Assembly (NCBI GenBank): GCA_044344255.1
Contig: JBIJDH010000004.1
Location: forward strand, 128,001-192,000
Direction of reading: 5' to 3'
Origin: Myxococcota bacterium
GTDB lineage: Bacteria; Myxococcota_A; UBA796; UBA2385
DNA: 64,000 bases
Shown: piece by piece, positions 52,231 through 61,730 of the stretch
How the letters are laid out: each line of letters starts with the position of its first letter
Position numbering within the stretch: position 1 is the stretch's first letter
Made by a program: the position numbers and the translations under genes
The notes under the pieces: model-generated
Databases searched by the model: none
What the model saw: the letters and a program-made list of their open reading frames with translations, nothing else
Told to the model about the DNA's origin: nothing

Positions 52231-52689
52231 ATGTCTGTTCGATTCCTACTGAGCCTCTTGTTCACCGCCGCCGCGTTCGCGCTCGGCGGCCGTGCGGAGG
52301 CCCGAGCGCCCGCGGTGGAGGTCGAGGTGCTGGGCGTGGAGGACCTCACGATGCGCAAGGGGGCCCTGCGCTTCAACCTCTCCGCCGACGTTCACCGCAC
52401 GCGGGGGCTGCCGTTGCACCTCCGGGCGCTGAAGTACAGCCTCGTGGTGAACAAGACGCCGATCACCCGTCAGGATGTAGATCTCGGCGGGCTGCGAATC
52501 CGGCGCGGAGAGACCGAGCGGGTCTTGATCCCTTGCTCGCTCGAGCTGGCCGATGCCGCCGGACTGACCCTCCAGAGCCTCACCTCGGGCTCGCTCAAGG
52601 TGAAGCTCAAGGGTGAGGCGTCTGTGCGGGTGCTGATCTTCCCGTACTCCATCCCCTTTCAGACGAAGGTGGTCGACCTCTCCCTCTGA
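52231..52689 (+). CDS. LEA type 2 / WHy-like exported protein
   Basis: ATG after AGGAGG; signal peptide; LPLHLRALKYSLVVN, VKLKGEA, SIPF. Confidence 0.6.
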   Translation: MSVRFLLSLLFTAAAFALGGRAEARAPAVEVEVLGVEDLTMRKGALRFNLSADVHRTRGLPLHLRALKYSLVVNKTPITRQDVDLGGLRIRRGETERVLIPCSLELADAAGLTLQSLTSGSLKVKLKGEASVRVLIFPYSIPFQTKVVDLSL

Positions 52690-52730
52690 GCGCGCCGGAG
52701 CGGGCAGGGGCGGCCTGCGCCAGGCCCCGC

Positions 52731-53408
52731 TCAGCCCGCGGTGGGCTTCGGGAGGAAGGGGAGCAGGGACTGCGCGAAGGCCTGGATGTTCCGGGTCTGG
52801 ATGTAGACCTCGCCGGGGCCGGTGTATCGGCACACGAGGCCCTCGCCCGAGGTCGCCGACGCCATGAAGCCCTTGGCCGCCTTGTCGATCTTGAAGCTCA
52901 CCGTCGACTCGAAGGCGACGATGTGGCCCGTGTCGATGATGTAGGTCTCGCCGGCGTCGAGGACGATCTTGTGGATGGCCCCGTAGGAGGCGAGGAGGGT
53001 GAGGCCCGTGCCCGTGACCTTGATGAGCAGCGCGCCGCCGCCGCCGAGCATCGCGCCGCCGTTAAACTTGGTCTCGATCTTGATGTCTGGGCTGCTCGCC
53101 AGCCAGGCGCCGCTCTGGATGAGAAACGACTGGTTGTTGAGCTCGATGCCCATGATGTCGCCGGGGGTGGACGGAGCGAGCAGCACCTCGCCCTGGCCGC
53201 CTTTGGCGGTGAAGGTGCTCTGGAACAGCGACTCTCCCGCCGCGGCCCGCGCCAGGGACTTGAGGAAGCCGCCCTCCATCTTGGCGTCGAGGCTGATGTT
53301 GGCCGACATGCCCACCATCGCGCCGGACTCCGTGCGGATCTTCTCGCCGTCTTCGAGCTCGACGCGCGCGACGGCGAAGGAGGGGCGGTAGAGGATGTTG
53401 TGCTTCAC
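52731..53408 (-). CDS. TIGR00266 / AIM24 family protein
   Basis: GTG after GGAG; ESGAMVGMS, GESLFQSTF, LAPSTPGDI, IDTGHIVAF, SGEGLVCRYTGPGEVYIQTR. Confidence 0.9.
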   Translation of the reverse strand: MKHNILYRPSFAVARVELEDGEKIRTESGAMVGMSANISLDAKMEGGFLKSLARAAAGESLFQSTFTAKGGQGEVLLAPSTPGDIMGIELNNQSFLIQSGAWLASSPDIKIETKFNGGAMLGGGGALLIKVTGTGLTLLASYGAIHKIVLDAGETYIIDTGHIVAFESTVSFKIDKAAKGFMASATSGEGLVCRYTGPGEVYIQTRNIQAFAQSLLPFLPKPTAG

Positions 53409-53476
53409 GAGAGTCTCCAAGAGGCTGGGGGGCCCCGGGCGCGCGGCGGGGGAGGGCGCAGGCGCGAGAGGGCTGC

Positions 53477-54136
53477 TTAGAAGAAGGTCCAGTCGCCGAC
53501 CGGCTCGCCCTTCTGCTTCTTCTCGGCGATGAGGTAGGCGTCGGCTGCGGAGATGAGGTTCACGAGGCCGAAGAGGCAGCAGGTGAAGACGCCAACGCCG
53601 AGGAGCGCGCCCCCCTTCAGGGTCTGCCCGGCCCAGATCTGACCGGCGCCGGGGATGATCAGGCTGGCCAGCGCGGCGAGGACGGGGCTCGGGCCCGACG
53701 CAGGGACGACCCCTGTGACCGCCGGCGCCGCGCTGCTCCCGGTCGTCAGCGGCGCGGGGACCGACAACGGCGTGGGGGCGGAGGCCGTCGATTTCAACGG
53801 CGCGGCGGGCGTCGCGACCGGTTTTGTCGCCTCGGCCGCGACGGTCCGAGCTTCCTGGGCGAGGCGCGGATCGGGCGCCATCACGGTGCGGGCCTCCTCG
53901 AGGTCGGTGTAGGAGGGCATCAGCTCGGGCACCGGGGCCAGCGGCCGCACAGGCGCCGCCGCGGGCGGCGGTGGCGTGGCCGCGCGGCTCGGGACCTGGG
54001 TCGGCGCAGCTTCGGCGGAGGGGTCCTCCGGGGGTGGCGGGGCCTGCGGCGCCCGGCGTGCGGGTACGGCCTCAGCCATGCCCCCTGCGTACAGGCTGAG
54101 GTCTTCGTCCGGGGAGACCTGAATGTGCTTGGGCAT
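53477..54136 (-). CDS. Pro/Ala-rich protein with C-terminal TM2-like membrane domain
   Basis: LAALASLIIPGAGQIWAGQ..KG...SAADAY. Confidence 0.65.
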   Translation of the reverse strand: MPKHIQVSPDEDLSLYAGGMAEAVPARRAPQAPPPPEDPSAEAAPTQVPSRAATPPPPAAAPVRPLAPVPELMPSYTDLEEARTVMAPDPRLAQEARTVAAEATKPVATPAAPLKSTASAPTPLSVPAPLTTGSSAAPAVTGVVPASGPSPVLAALASLIIPGAGQIWAGQTLKGGALLGVGVFTCCLFGLVNLISAADAYLIAEKKQKGEPVGDWTFF

Positions 54137-54217
54137 CTCAGCACCGGGGCGGGAGGACGAGGGGCCTATCCGCCCGGACCCAGGCCCGGCAACTCGACCA
54201 GAGCGGCGCGCTCCGGC

Positions 54218-55699
54218 TCAAGCCCGGCCGAAGAGCCCGCGTTGGCGGAGCTTCACGACCTCCTTGCGCAGGTTCTCCACGTCGTGCTCGAGGCGCGCGC
54301 GGAGCTCGTCCATGGAGAGGAGCTCCGCGCTCTTCTTCTCAAGGTCCGCGCGGAGGAGGCCGACCTCGCGCTCGGCCTCTCGGAGGGTGCGGTGGGCGCG
54401 CTCCGACTGCCCCCCCAGGACCGCGATCGCCTCCCGCTTGAAACCAGCCACCTCGTCGATGGCCCGGCTGAGGCGCGTGTTGACCTCGATGAGGTCTTGG
54501 ACCTGCCCGTTCAGACGAGTGACCTCCTGGCGCTTGAGCTCGACCTCGGCCTCGGCGCGGGCGCTCGCTTCTACTGCGGCCTCGGCGCGGGCTCCCGCGC
54601 TTGCAGCCTCGCGGCTCTCGCGTGCGGCATCGACCAGCAGTGAGCTTCCGCGTGGGTGTCGGGTCGGCTTGGCCATCCAGGCCACGAGGGGCGCGAGGGC
54701 GACCGCCGGAGAGAGAGGGCCGCGCGCCAATTGGAGAGCCGCGGTCGCGCGCGACGCGAGGCCGGCGGGGTCACTCAGCGCGTCGCAGAGGGTCTCCTCC
54801 ACCGCCTCCTCGCTCACGGTCCATCCGGCCTCGCCGAGCAGGTCGCCGAGCGCCGAGTCCGGGCCGGTGAGGATCGGCAGGCCACAGGCCAGCCAATCGA
54901 CCTGCCGGAAGGAGAGGGCCATGCTCCGCTCGGGGTTGGGGGTCATCCAGTCGAAGGCGAGGGTCGATTCGGAGTACTCGGCGAGGAGCTGATCCCAGCC
55001 CAGCCAGCCCGGCTGACGGAGGCGAGGGTGCTCGAGCCTCTCGGGCGCGCTCGAGTCGCCCTCGCCGAGCAGCGGCGGGCCGCCGTACCACCAGAGCTCA
55101 CCGCGACCGAGGCGATCGAGGGCCCGCAGCGCGGCGCGCAGGCCGGGGGTGGGGTCTTGCCAGGGCCATCGCGCGCCGCCCGTGACGACGCGGGGCTCCA
55201 TCGGCGGCCTCGGCGGCGGGGCCACAGGGGCGACGAGGGGCAAGGTGAGCGTCGGATCTTGACGGGTGTCGATGCCGGCGAGCGCGAGCAGGCCGAGCCA
55301 GTGCCAGCGCTGGCGGACGTTGCTGACGAGGAAGACGTCCCCCAGCGAGAGGGCGTGCAGGGTCTGGGTGGCCTCCCGCGCCAAGGTGCCGCTGTAGGCG
55401 CCCTCGATCAGGCGCGGCGCGTAGAGGTCGACCGCGAGGGGCAGGCGCAGCGCCGCCAGGGCGGGTACGTCCTCGATCTGCACCGCCAACACCCGATCGG
55501 GTCGGAGCGCGCCTGCCTTGCGGACGAGGTCTGGCGGGCTCCGGAAGCCCCCCGGCGCGTCTTGATGCCGAGTCAGGTAGGCGACCTCGAAGCCGGCGGC
55601 CTGCAGCGCGCGGCCGTGGTTCCAGGCTCGGAGGGCGCCGCCGGTGACAGGCTGACCCGGGGCGGGGAGACGGCCGTGATGGACGATGAGGACGCGCAT
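54218..55699 (-). CDS. GT-B (family 4-like) glycosyltransferase with C-terminal coiled coil
   Basis: MRVLIV...GGALRAW; VDLY; SFRQVDWLACGLPIL; heptad-rich tail. Confidence 0.7.
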   Translation of the reverse strand: MRVLIVHHGRLPAPGQPVTGGALRAWNHGRALQAAGFEVAYLTRHQDAPGGFRSPPDLVRKAGALRPDRVLAVQIEDVPALAALRLPLAVDLYAPRLIEGAYSGTLAREATQTLHALSLGDVFLVSNVRQRWHWLGLLALAGIDTRQDPTLTLPLVAPVAPPPRPPMEPRVVTGGARWPWQDPTPGLRAALRALDRLGRGELWWYGGPPLLGEGDSSAPERLEHPRLRQPGWLGWDQLLAEYSESTLAFDWMTPNPERSMALSFRQVDWLACGLPILTGPDSALGDLLGEAGWTVSEEAVEETLCDALSDPAGLASRATAALQLARGPLSPAVALAPLVAWMAKPTRHPRGSSLLVDAARESREAASAGARAEAAVEASARAEAEVELKRQEVTRLNGQVQDLIEVNTRLSRAIDEVAGFKREAIAVLGGQSERAHRTLREAEREVGLLRADLEKKSAELLSMDELRARLEHDVENLRKEVVKLRQRGLFGRA

Positions 55700-55877
55700 C
55701 GGGGGAGACTACCGCGCGGGCCCGCCTCCGGGCGAGTGTCCGGAGCCCCGGCTGGGCCGTGGACCGTCCTGAATCAGCCTCCGGGGCGCTCACCGGACTT
55801 CGGGTGGTCGCTCACCGGAGGCGACCCTCTCGCCTCCAAGTTTTTCCCGTTCCCTCTGCCCTATCCCGGACTCTCTA

Positions 55878-55883
55878 TTGACA
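55878..55883 (+). promoter_or_regulatory. Consensus -35 hexamer TTGACA upstream of a structured region
   Basis: Perfect TTGACA in an AT-richer intergenic patch; no good -10 at 17 bp. Confidence 0.3.
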
Positions 55884-55933
55884 TCGGCTTGCACGCTCAA
55901 ATGGTCCAGGCGCGAATTACTTTCGCTTGAAGT

Positions 55934-56097
55934 GGCCCTTCGAGACGCCCGTGGTGACGGACCTGCGTCGTCACTCGGGCGCGGACCGAGCGGAGGACAA
56001 CGACTGGATCCTCTCCTTCGAGCTGTGAAGGGCCGGGTGACCTCGAGAGATGTCCGCCTTCGTCTCCGACTTGGACACGCCGTCGCCGACGTCACTC
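55934..56097 (+). ncRNA. Candidate multi-stem structured leader or ncRNA
   Basis: GGCCCTTC/GAAGGGCC enclosing CGCCCG-GGTGACGG/TCGTCACT-CGGGCG and GAGGA/TCCTC; second domain GGGTGAC/GTCACTC enclosing TGTCC/GGACA. Confidence 0.35.
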
Positions 56098-56262
56098 TGA
56101 CCTCGGTTTAGATGAGATCGATGGGATGCGGATCTTGGGACAACGCCCCCTCCGGGCCGGAGCCTTTCCGCGCCGCTGTATTTTTGGTGTCGGACCCTTT
56201 CCTCCTGTGGGGAATGAGATAGGCAGGAGCCGCTGTCAGCCAATCTCACCCACGAGGTTCCC

Positions 56263-57105
56263 GTGAAGATCTCTGTTCAAGGTATTGTCGCCGAAGGCGG
56301 CCCGGATGAGCTCGCCCAGTTCTGTCGCGCCCTCGCTGGCATCTCCCTCGTCGCCGAGGCCGCGCTGGTCGCCCCCGTGGCCCCCGCGCCCCTCGCGAGC
56401 CCCGCGGCCATCGAGGCTCCGGCCCCCCTCGCCAGCCCCGAGCCCTCGGCGGCTCCCGAGGCCCTCTCGGAAGGTGAGCCTGTCGTCGTCGCGGTCGAGG
56501 CCCCTGTGGAGGAGGCCCCTGTCGCGGCGGCCCCTGTGGAAGCGGCCCCTGTCGCAGCGGCCCCTGTCGCAGCGGCCCCTGTGAAGGAGGCTCCTGTCGC
56601 GGCGTCCCCTGTCGCGGAGGCTCCGGCCGCTCCCGTGAAGCGAGGCCGCGGTCGCCCCCGGAAGAATCCCCTCCCGGTCGCCGCCGCGCCGGCCCCTGTC
56701 GCCGCGCCGGCCCCCGCCGCCGCGCCGGCCCCTGTCGCCGCGCCGGCCCCTGTCGCCGCGCCGGCCCCCGTCGTCGCGCCGGCCCCCGTCGTCGCGCCCG
56801 TGGCGGCGGCGCCGGTCGCCCCCTCGGGCCCGATGCTCTCTGGCTCCGCTCTCCTCAGCGTCGCGGACGCCCTCGAGGAGCGCCTCAGCGGCGCCCGGGC
56901 CGCCTACCTCGCCATCGCCGCCTCCGGCGCGGCGGGCATCCTGGCCGCCGAGGCCATGCGCAAGGCGGAGCTCCCCTCTCGCCATGTCGGCGCCTTCCTC
57001 TCCGCGATCCGGGCCTACTCGCAGACCAAGGCGATCGCCGAGAGCTCGCTCATCCGTCGCCAGCCCACCAAGGAAGGCGTTCGTTTCTTCCTGACCCACG
57101 GCTGA
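56263..57105 (+). CDS. Ala/Pro/Val-rich AT-hook protein with possible C-terminal winged helix
   Basis: GTG after GAGG; KRGRGRPRK AT-hook; APVAA and APAPVA repeats; followed by a terminator. Confidence 0.75.
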   Translation: MKISVQGIVAEGGPDELAQFCRALAGISLVAEAALVAPVAPAPLASPAAIEAPAPLASPEPSAAPEALSEGEPVVVAVEAPVEEAPVAAAPVEAAPVAAAPVAAAPVKEAPVAASPVAEAPAAPVKRGRGRPRKNPLPVAAAPAPVAAPAPAAAPAPVAAPAPVAAPAPVVAPAPVVAPVAAAPVAPSGPMLSGSALLSVADALEERLSGARAAYLAIAASGAAGILAAEAMRKAELPSRHVGAFLSAIRAYSQTKAIAESSLIRRQPTKEGVRFFLTHG

Positions 57106-57144
57106 GGCTCGGGGGCGCGTCTCCGAACCTGGAGAGGCCGAGTG

Positions 57145-57181
57145 GAGGGCGTCCCTTTGCGGGGGCGCCCTCTTCTTCTTT
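57145..57181 (+). terminator. Intrinsic terminator
   Basis: GAGGGCGTCCCT-TTGC-GGGGGCGCCCTC followed by TTCTTCTTT. Confidence 0.8.
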
Positions 57182-57881
57182 AGGCGTACCCACCTCTACG
57201 ATCGTGGCGGCGGATGCGCGCGAGGTCGATCAACATCGGGATCGGGTCGCGGAGGAGGTCGACCCGCGTGTCGATCGAATTGACCCAGCTCACCGGCAGG
57301 CCCCGCACGGACAGGCCGAGCCTCCGGAGGATGACCAGCACCTCGACGTCAAAGGCGAAGCCATCGATGATGGAGCGGGAGAACACGGCCTCGGCGGCCT
57401 CGGCGCGGAAGAGCTTGAAGCCGCACTGGGTGTCGGTGAGCTCGGTGAGGCCGGCCCGGTGGACGGCGTGCGCGAAGGCGCCGCCCACCGCCGCCCGCGC
57501 TCGGTTGCGCAGCGTGGCCGGCATCAGCGAGCGTCGAAGGCCGATGGCGGCGGCGTGGCCCTCTCCGAGGGCGGCCTCGAGCGCGCCGAGCTCCTCGAGG
57601 GGGGTGGGCAGGTCGGCGTCGGTCATCAAGCGGAGCGCCCCCTCCGCCTCCAGCATCCCTGCGCGCACCGCCGCGCCCTTGCCGCGGTTGCGGGGCAGCA
57701 CCACGGTCCGGCAGCCGTGGGCCTGGGCGATGGCCGCGGTGCCGTCTGTGCTGCCATCGTCGACGACGACGACCTCGACGAGCCGCGCCTCGGCGTCCGC
57801 CCAGGCCCGCACCCGGGAGAGGGTGCCGGGGAGGCGACGCGACTCGTTCCAGGCCGGGATGATGATCGAGAGCGCTGGAAT
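57180..57881 (-). CDS. GT2 polyprenyl/dolichyl-phosphate glycosyltransferase
   Basis: SIIIPAWNE, VVDDGSTDGT, NRGKGAAVRAG, MTDADL, DTQCGFKLF, GFAFDVE; no canonical start before the first motif (ATT at 57881 proposed). Confidence 0.85.
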   Translation of the reverse strand: MPALSIIIPAWNESRRLPGTLSRVRAWADAEARLVEVVVVDDGSTDGTAAIAQAHGCRTVVLPRNRGKGAAVRAGMLEAEGALRLMTDADLPTPLEELGALEAALGEGHAAAIGLRRSLMPATLRNRARAAVGGAFAHAVHRAGLTELTDTQCGFKLFRAEAAEAVFSRSIIDGFAFDVEVLVILRRLGLSVRGLPVSWVNSIDTRVDLLRDPIPMLIDLARIRRHDRRGGYA

Positions 57882-57890
57882 GGGGAGGGC

Positions 57891-59519
57891 CTACTTCCCG
57901 CCGCCCAGGCTGGAGAAGAAGTCATTCCCCTTGTCGTCGGTGACGATGAAAGCGGGGAAGTCCTCTACTTCGATGTACCACACCGCCTCCATGCCGAGCT
58001 CGGCGTAGTCGAGCACCTCTACCTTTCGGATGTTGTTCTGGGCGAGGATCGCGGCGGGGCCGCCGATGGAGCCGAGATAGAAGCCGCCGTTCTTCTTGCA
58101 GGCGTCCACCACGGCCTTGCCGCGGTTGCCCTTGGCCAGCATGATGTGGCTGCCGCCATGGGCCTGGAGGAGCTCGACGTAGGCGTCCATGCGGCCGGCC
58201 GTGGTCGGTCCGAAGGAGCCCGAGGCGTAGCCCTCCGGGGTCTTGGCCGGTCCGGCATAATACACGGGGTGCTTCCGCAGATAGTCGGGGAGGCCCTCTC
58301 CGCGATCGAGGCGCTCCTTGAATTTCGCGTGGGCGATGTCGCGGGCGACGACCATCGGGCCGGAGAGGGAGAGGCGGGTCTGGACGGGGTAGCGGGAGAG
58401 GGTCTCCCGGATCTGGGCCATGGGCTGGTTGAGATCGATCCGTACGACATCGGCGGAGAGGTCGGCCGAGCTGGGCTCGGGGAGGAAACGCGCGGGATCC
58501 GCCTCGAGCTGCTCGAGGAAGACTCCCTCCTCGGTGATCTTCCCCAGCGCCTGGCGGTCGGCCGAGCAGGAGACGCCGATGCCGACCGGGCAAGAGGCGC
58601 CGTGGCGGGGCAAGCGGATGACCCGCACGTCGTGGCAGAAGTACTTTCCGCCGAACTGCGCGCCGATCCCCGTCTTGGCAGCCAACTCGAAGATCTGCTG
58701 CTCGAGCGCGACGTCGCGGATCGCGTGGCCGAGCCGGTTGCCCTCGGTGGGCAGGCCGTCGAGGCTGCGGCAGCTCGCGAGCTTCACCGTCTTCAGGGTC
58801 ATCTCGGCGGAGGTGCCCCCAATGACGATGGCGAGGTGGTAGGGCGGACAGGCCGAGGTGCCGAGGCTGCGCAGCTTCTCGGCGACGAAGGCGAGGAGGG
58901 AGGCCGGGTTCAGGAGGGCCTTCGTCTCCTGATACAGGAAGGTCTTGTTCGCCGAGCCGCCGCCCTTGGTGATGAAGAGGAACTTGTAGGCCTCTCCCCG
59001 CGTGGCGTAGAGCTCGATCTGCGCCGGAAGATTGGTGCCCGTGTTCACCTCGTTGAAGGTAGACAGGGGCGCCATCTGACTGTAGCGGAGGTTCGTGCGG
59101 GTGTAGGTGTCGTATACGCCTTGGCTGATCGCGGCTTCGTCATCGCCGCTCGTCCAGACCTGCTGGCCCTTCTTGCCCACCACGATCGCAGTGCCGGTGT
59201 CCTGGCAGGAGGGGAGGACCATGCCGGCGGAGATGTTGGCGTTCAGCAACATCTGGCGAGCCACGAAGCGGTCATTGGGCGAGGCCTCGGGGTCGCCGAG
59301 GATCTTGTTGAGCTGGCCGAGGTGGCCGGGGCGGAAGAGGTGCGAGATGTCCCGGATCGCCGAGGCGGTGAGCAGGCGGAGTGCGGAGACGTCGACCTCG
59401 AGGATCCGGCGGTCGCCGAAGCGCTTCACCTCGACGAAGTCTCCGCCGAGCCGACGGTAGACCGTGGGGTCGTCGTGGGTGGGGAACATCTCTTGGTATT
59501 GAAAGGCCGGCGTGCTCAT
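57891..59519 (-). CDS. fumA: Class I (Fe-S) fumarate hydratase
   Basis: [55 protein letters not shown]. Confidence 0.95.
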   Translation of the reverse strand: MSTPAFQYQEMFPTHDDPTVYRRLGGDFVEVKRFGDRRILEVDVSALRLLTASAIRDISHLFRPGHLGQLNKILGDPEASPNDRFVARQMLLNANISAGMVLPSCQDTGTAIVVGKKGQQVWTSGDDEAAISQGVYDTYTRTNLRYSQMAPLSTFNEVNTGTNLPAQIELYATRGEAYKFLFITKGGGSANKTFLYQETKALLNPASLLAFVAEKLRSLGTSACPPYHLAIVIGGTSAEMTLKTVKLASCRSLDGLPTEGNRLGHAIRDVALEQQIFELAAKTGIGAQFGGKYFCHDVRVIRLPRHGASCPVGIGVSCSADRQALGKITEEGVFLEQLEADPARFLPEPSSADLSADVVRIDLNQPMAQIRETLSRYPVQTRLSLSGPMVVARDIAHAKFKERLDRGEGLPDYLRKHPVYYAGPAKTPEGYASGSFGPTTAGRMDAYVELLQAHGGSHIMLAKGNRGKAVVDACKKNGGFYLGSIGGPAAILAQNNIRKVEVLDYAELGMEAVWYIEVEDFPAFIVTDDKGNDFFSSLGGGK

Positions 59520-59596
59520 CGGGGCTCCGAGAATTCGGGAGGGCTCGGGGGAGTCAGGGGGGCTGACTAACGCGAGGGGTGGGGTAGAGGGGAGCG

Positions 59597-61690
59597 ATGC
59601 GCAGCAAGGCCGAGCTCGAGCGGGACAGCCGCATGTTCCTGTCGAGGCTCCTCAACCGGAGCCTCGCGCCGCCCGACCGAGTGAGCCTCAACGTGACGCT
59701 GCGGTGCAACCTCTCCTGCACCATGTGCACCACCTGCTACGACAGCCCTGAGCTCAGCACCGACGAGATCAAGGGCATCATCGATCAGACCCGCGCCTGG
59801 GGGGTCAAGGTCTTCAACCCGCTGGGCGGCGAGCCCTTCATGCGGGCCGACATCGAGGAGCTCCTCGCGTACGCCGTGCGCGGCGGCTTTTACGTCACGG
59901 TCACCACCAACGGCACGCTCATCACCGAGCGCCGGGCCCGCTCGATCGCCGCGGTGCCGGCCGATCGGCTCCACTTCAACCTCTCCCTCGACGGAGATGA
60001 GCAGAGCCACGATCTCATCCGCTCGCGGGGCATGTGGCGGCGGGCCATCCAGGGCTTCGAGCGGATTCGAGAGGCCGACGCGGCCGCCGGCAACCCCCGC
60101 CGAAAGGTGCTCGCCAACACCATCCTCCACGCGGCGAACCTCGAACGTTTCACCGACATCCTCGACGAGCAGGCGGCGCTCGGCTTGGACGGGGTGCAGA
60201 TCCTCACCCTCTTTCGGGCCGGCTCGGACACCCCCCCTGAGTCGGCGAACCTCTGGCTCCAGCCCCGTCACATCCCGGCGGTCGAGTCGCTGGCCGCCGA
60301 GCTCGAGCGGCGGGCCCTCTCCCAGGGCCCATCGGGGTATCGCATCCAGAACACCGTGGAGGAGCTCCGCTTCATCCCGCGGTATTACCGCGACGAGCTC
60401 GGGCCGCTCGAGGCGCCCTGCTGGGCCGGCTGGAAGGAGCTCTACATCAACGCCGATGGCAGCGCCATCATGTGCGACGGGGAGCTCGACTTCCTGGCTG
60501 GGCGGTTCGGGAGCGCGCGTGAACAGACCCTGCGCCAGCTCTGGCAGAGCCCAGCGCTCCGCGAGCGGCGCTCGGTGGTCAAGGCGTGCAAGACCCCCTG
60601 TATCCAGACGTGCTACCTCCGCGGAAGCAGCGACTCCGGGGCTGCCCTCGCCGCGGACGGGGTGAAGATGGGCATCGGCGCTCTCTCATCGGCGGTGCGG
60701 CGGCGGGTGAGCGCGCGGCTGCCCGGCGTCGAGCGCCACCCCGACACCGTGCTGCGGCTGGAGCTCTCCGACGTCTGCCCCTGTGACTGGGAGGGCTGCG
60801 CCACCCCGCGGGTCCGTTGGGCGGCGCTCACGGGTGGCCTGCCCGAGCGGCCCGATGTCCAGAACTGGGCGAGCTTTCGCGATCGACGATACCTCGACTT
60901 CGGCCGCGGCTTCATGGGCTTCGAGGTGGTGCGCTCTGTCGTCCAGGATCTGCTGGACTCCCGGATTCAATTCGGCACCCTGTCCGTCTCCTGGCGGGGG
61001 GAGCCCTTGCTCCACCCCGAGGCGGAGCCCATCCTCCGATACCTGCTCGATCAAATCCACTCGGGGGGCCTCGCGGACCGCCTGCGGATCGAGACGGACG
61101 GCCGCTTCCTCACCCCAGGGCTGGCCGCCCTGTCGGCCCACCCGGCGGCCCAGGACTGGATCTTTGACCTCGATCGCGGGGATGGAGCCGGCCTCTCACG
61201 CCTCTGCGCGGCACGGGGTGGGGCCGCCCGCGTGCTCCTCGCCGTGTCGGCCTCGGGTGGCCTCGATCCCCGCGCCCTCACCCGCCGGTTCCCCGGCTTC
61301 GCGCCGGCGGCGGGGCGGATGCCGACGATCGGGGACCACCTGTGGTTCCGGCGCACAGACCATGAGCATTACGTCTCGAACGCCGAAGCCCGTCGGGAGC
61401 TCGCGCGGGTGGCCGCCCTGCTCGGGGTCGTGGCCGAGCTGGGAGAGGAGGATCGGCCCCGGCGCTGCCGCGCCCTCGAGCGCAGCCCGACGCTGAGCTG
61501 GGACGGCAAGCTCACGCTCTGTCCGCGCGACGTCCAGCTCCAGAACCGTGTCGGGGACGTCACGAGCGGCCGCCTCTCCGCGCTCTGGCGGGGTCTGGAG
61601 GCGGAGCGTACGGCCGCCCGGGCCCGCGGGGTGCCCGATCGGGCCCTCTGCCGCGACTGTCCTGCCCCCTGGAGCCCAAACCACGGCTGA
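59597..61690 (+). CDS. Radical SAM/SPASM protein with a second degenerate rSAM/SPASM module
   Basis: [35 protein letters not shown]...CxxxCxxxC; then LELSDVCPC...[11 protein letters not shown]...[10 protein letters not shown]...CRDC. Confidence 0.85.
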   Translation: MRSKAELERDSRMFLSRLLNRSLAPPDRVSLNVTLRCNLSCTMCTTCYDSPELSTDEIKGIIDQTRAWGVKVFNPLGGEPFMRADIEELLAYAVRGGFYVTVTTNGTLITERRARSIAAVPADRLHFNLSLDGDEQSHDLIRSRGMWRRAIQGFERIREADAAAGNPRRKVLANTILHAANLERFTDILDEQAALGLDGVQILTLFRAGSDTPPESANLWLQPRHIPAVESLAAELERRALSQGPSGYRIQNTVEELRFIPRYYRDELGPLEAPCWAGWKELYINADGSAIMCDGELDFLAGRFGSAREQTLRQLWQSPALRERRSVVKACKTPCIQTCYLRGSSDSGAALAADGVKMGIGALSSAVRRRVSARLPGVERHPDTVLRLELSDVCPCDWEGCATPRVRWAALTGGLPERPDVQNWASFRDRRYLDFGRGFMGFEVVRSVVQDLLDSRIQFGTLSVSWRGEPLLHPEAEPILRYLLDQIHSGGLADRLRIETDGRFLTPGLAALSAHPAAQDWIFDLDRGDGAGLSRLCAARGGAARVLLAVSASGGLDPRALTRRFPGFAPAAGRMPTIGDHLWFRRTDHEHYVSNAEARRELARVAALLGVVAELGEEDRPRRCRALERSPTLSWDGKLTLCPRDVQLQNRVGDVTSGRLSALWRGLEAERTAARARGVPDRALCRDCPAPWSPNHG

Positions 61691-61730
61691 TCGGCCTTCG
61701 TCGGGTCGGGGCGCCGCCGCTCCGAGAGGG

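Noticed and set aside
55878..55893. Sigma54 promoter (TTGACATCGGCTTGCA)
   Set aside because: Lacks the invariant GG-N10-GC spacing
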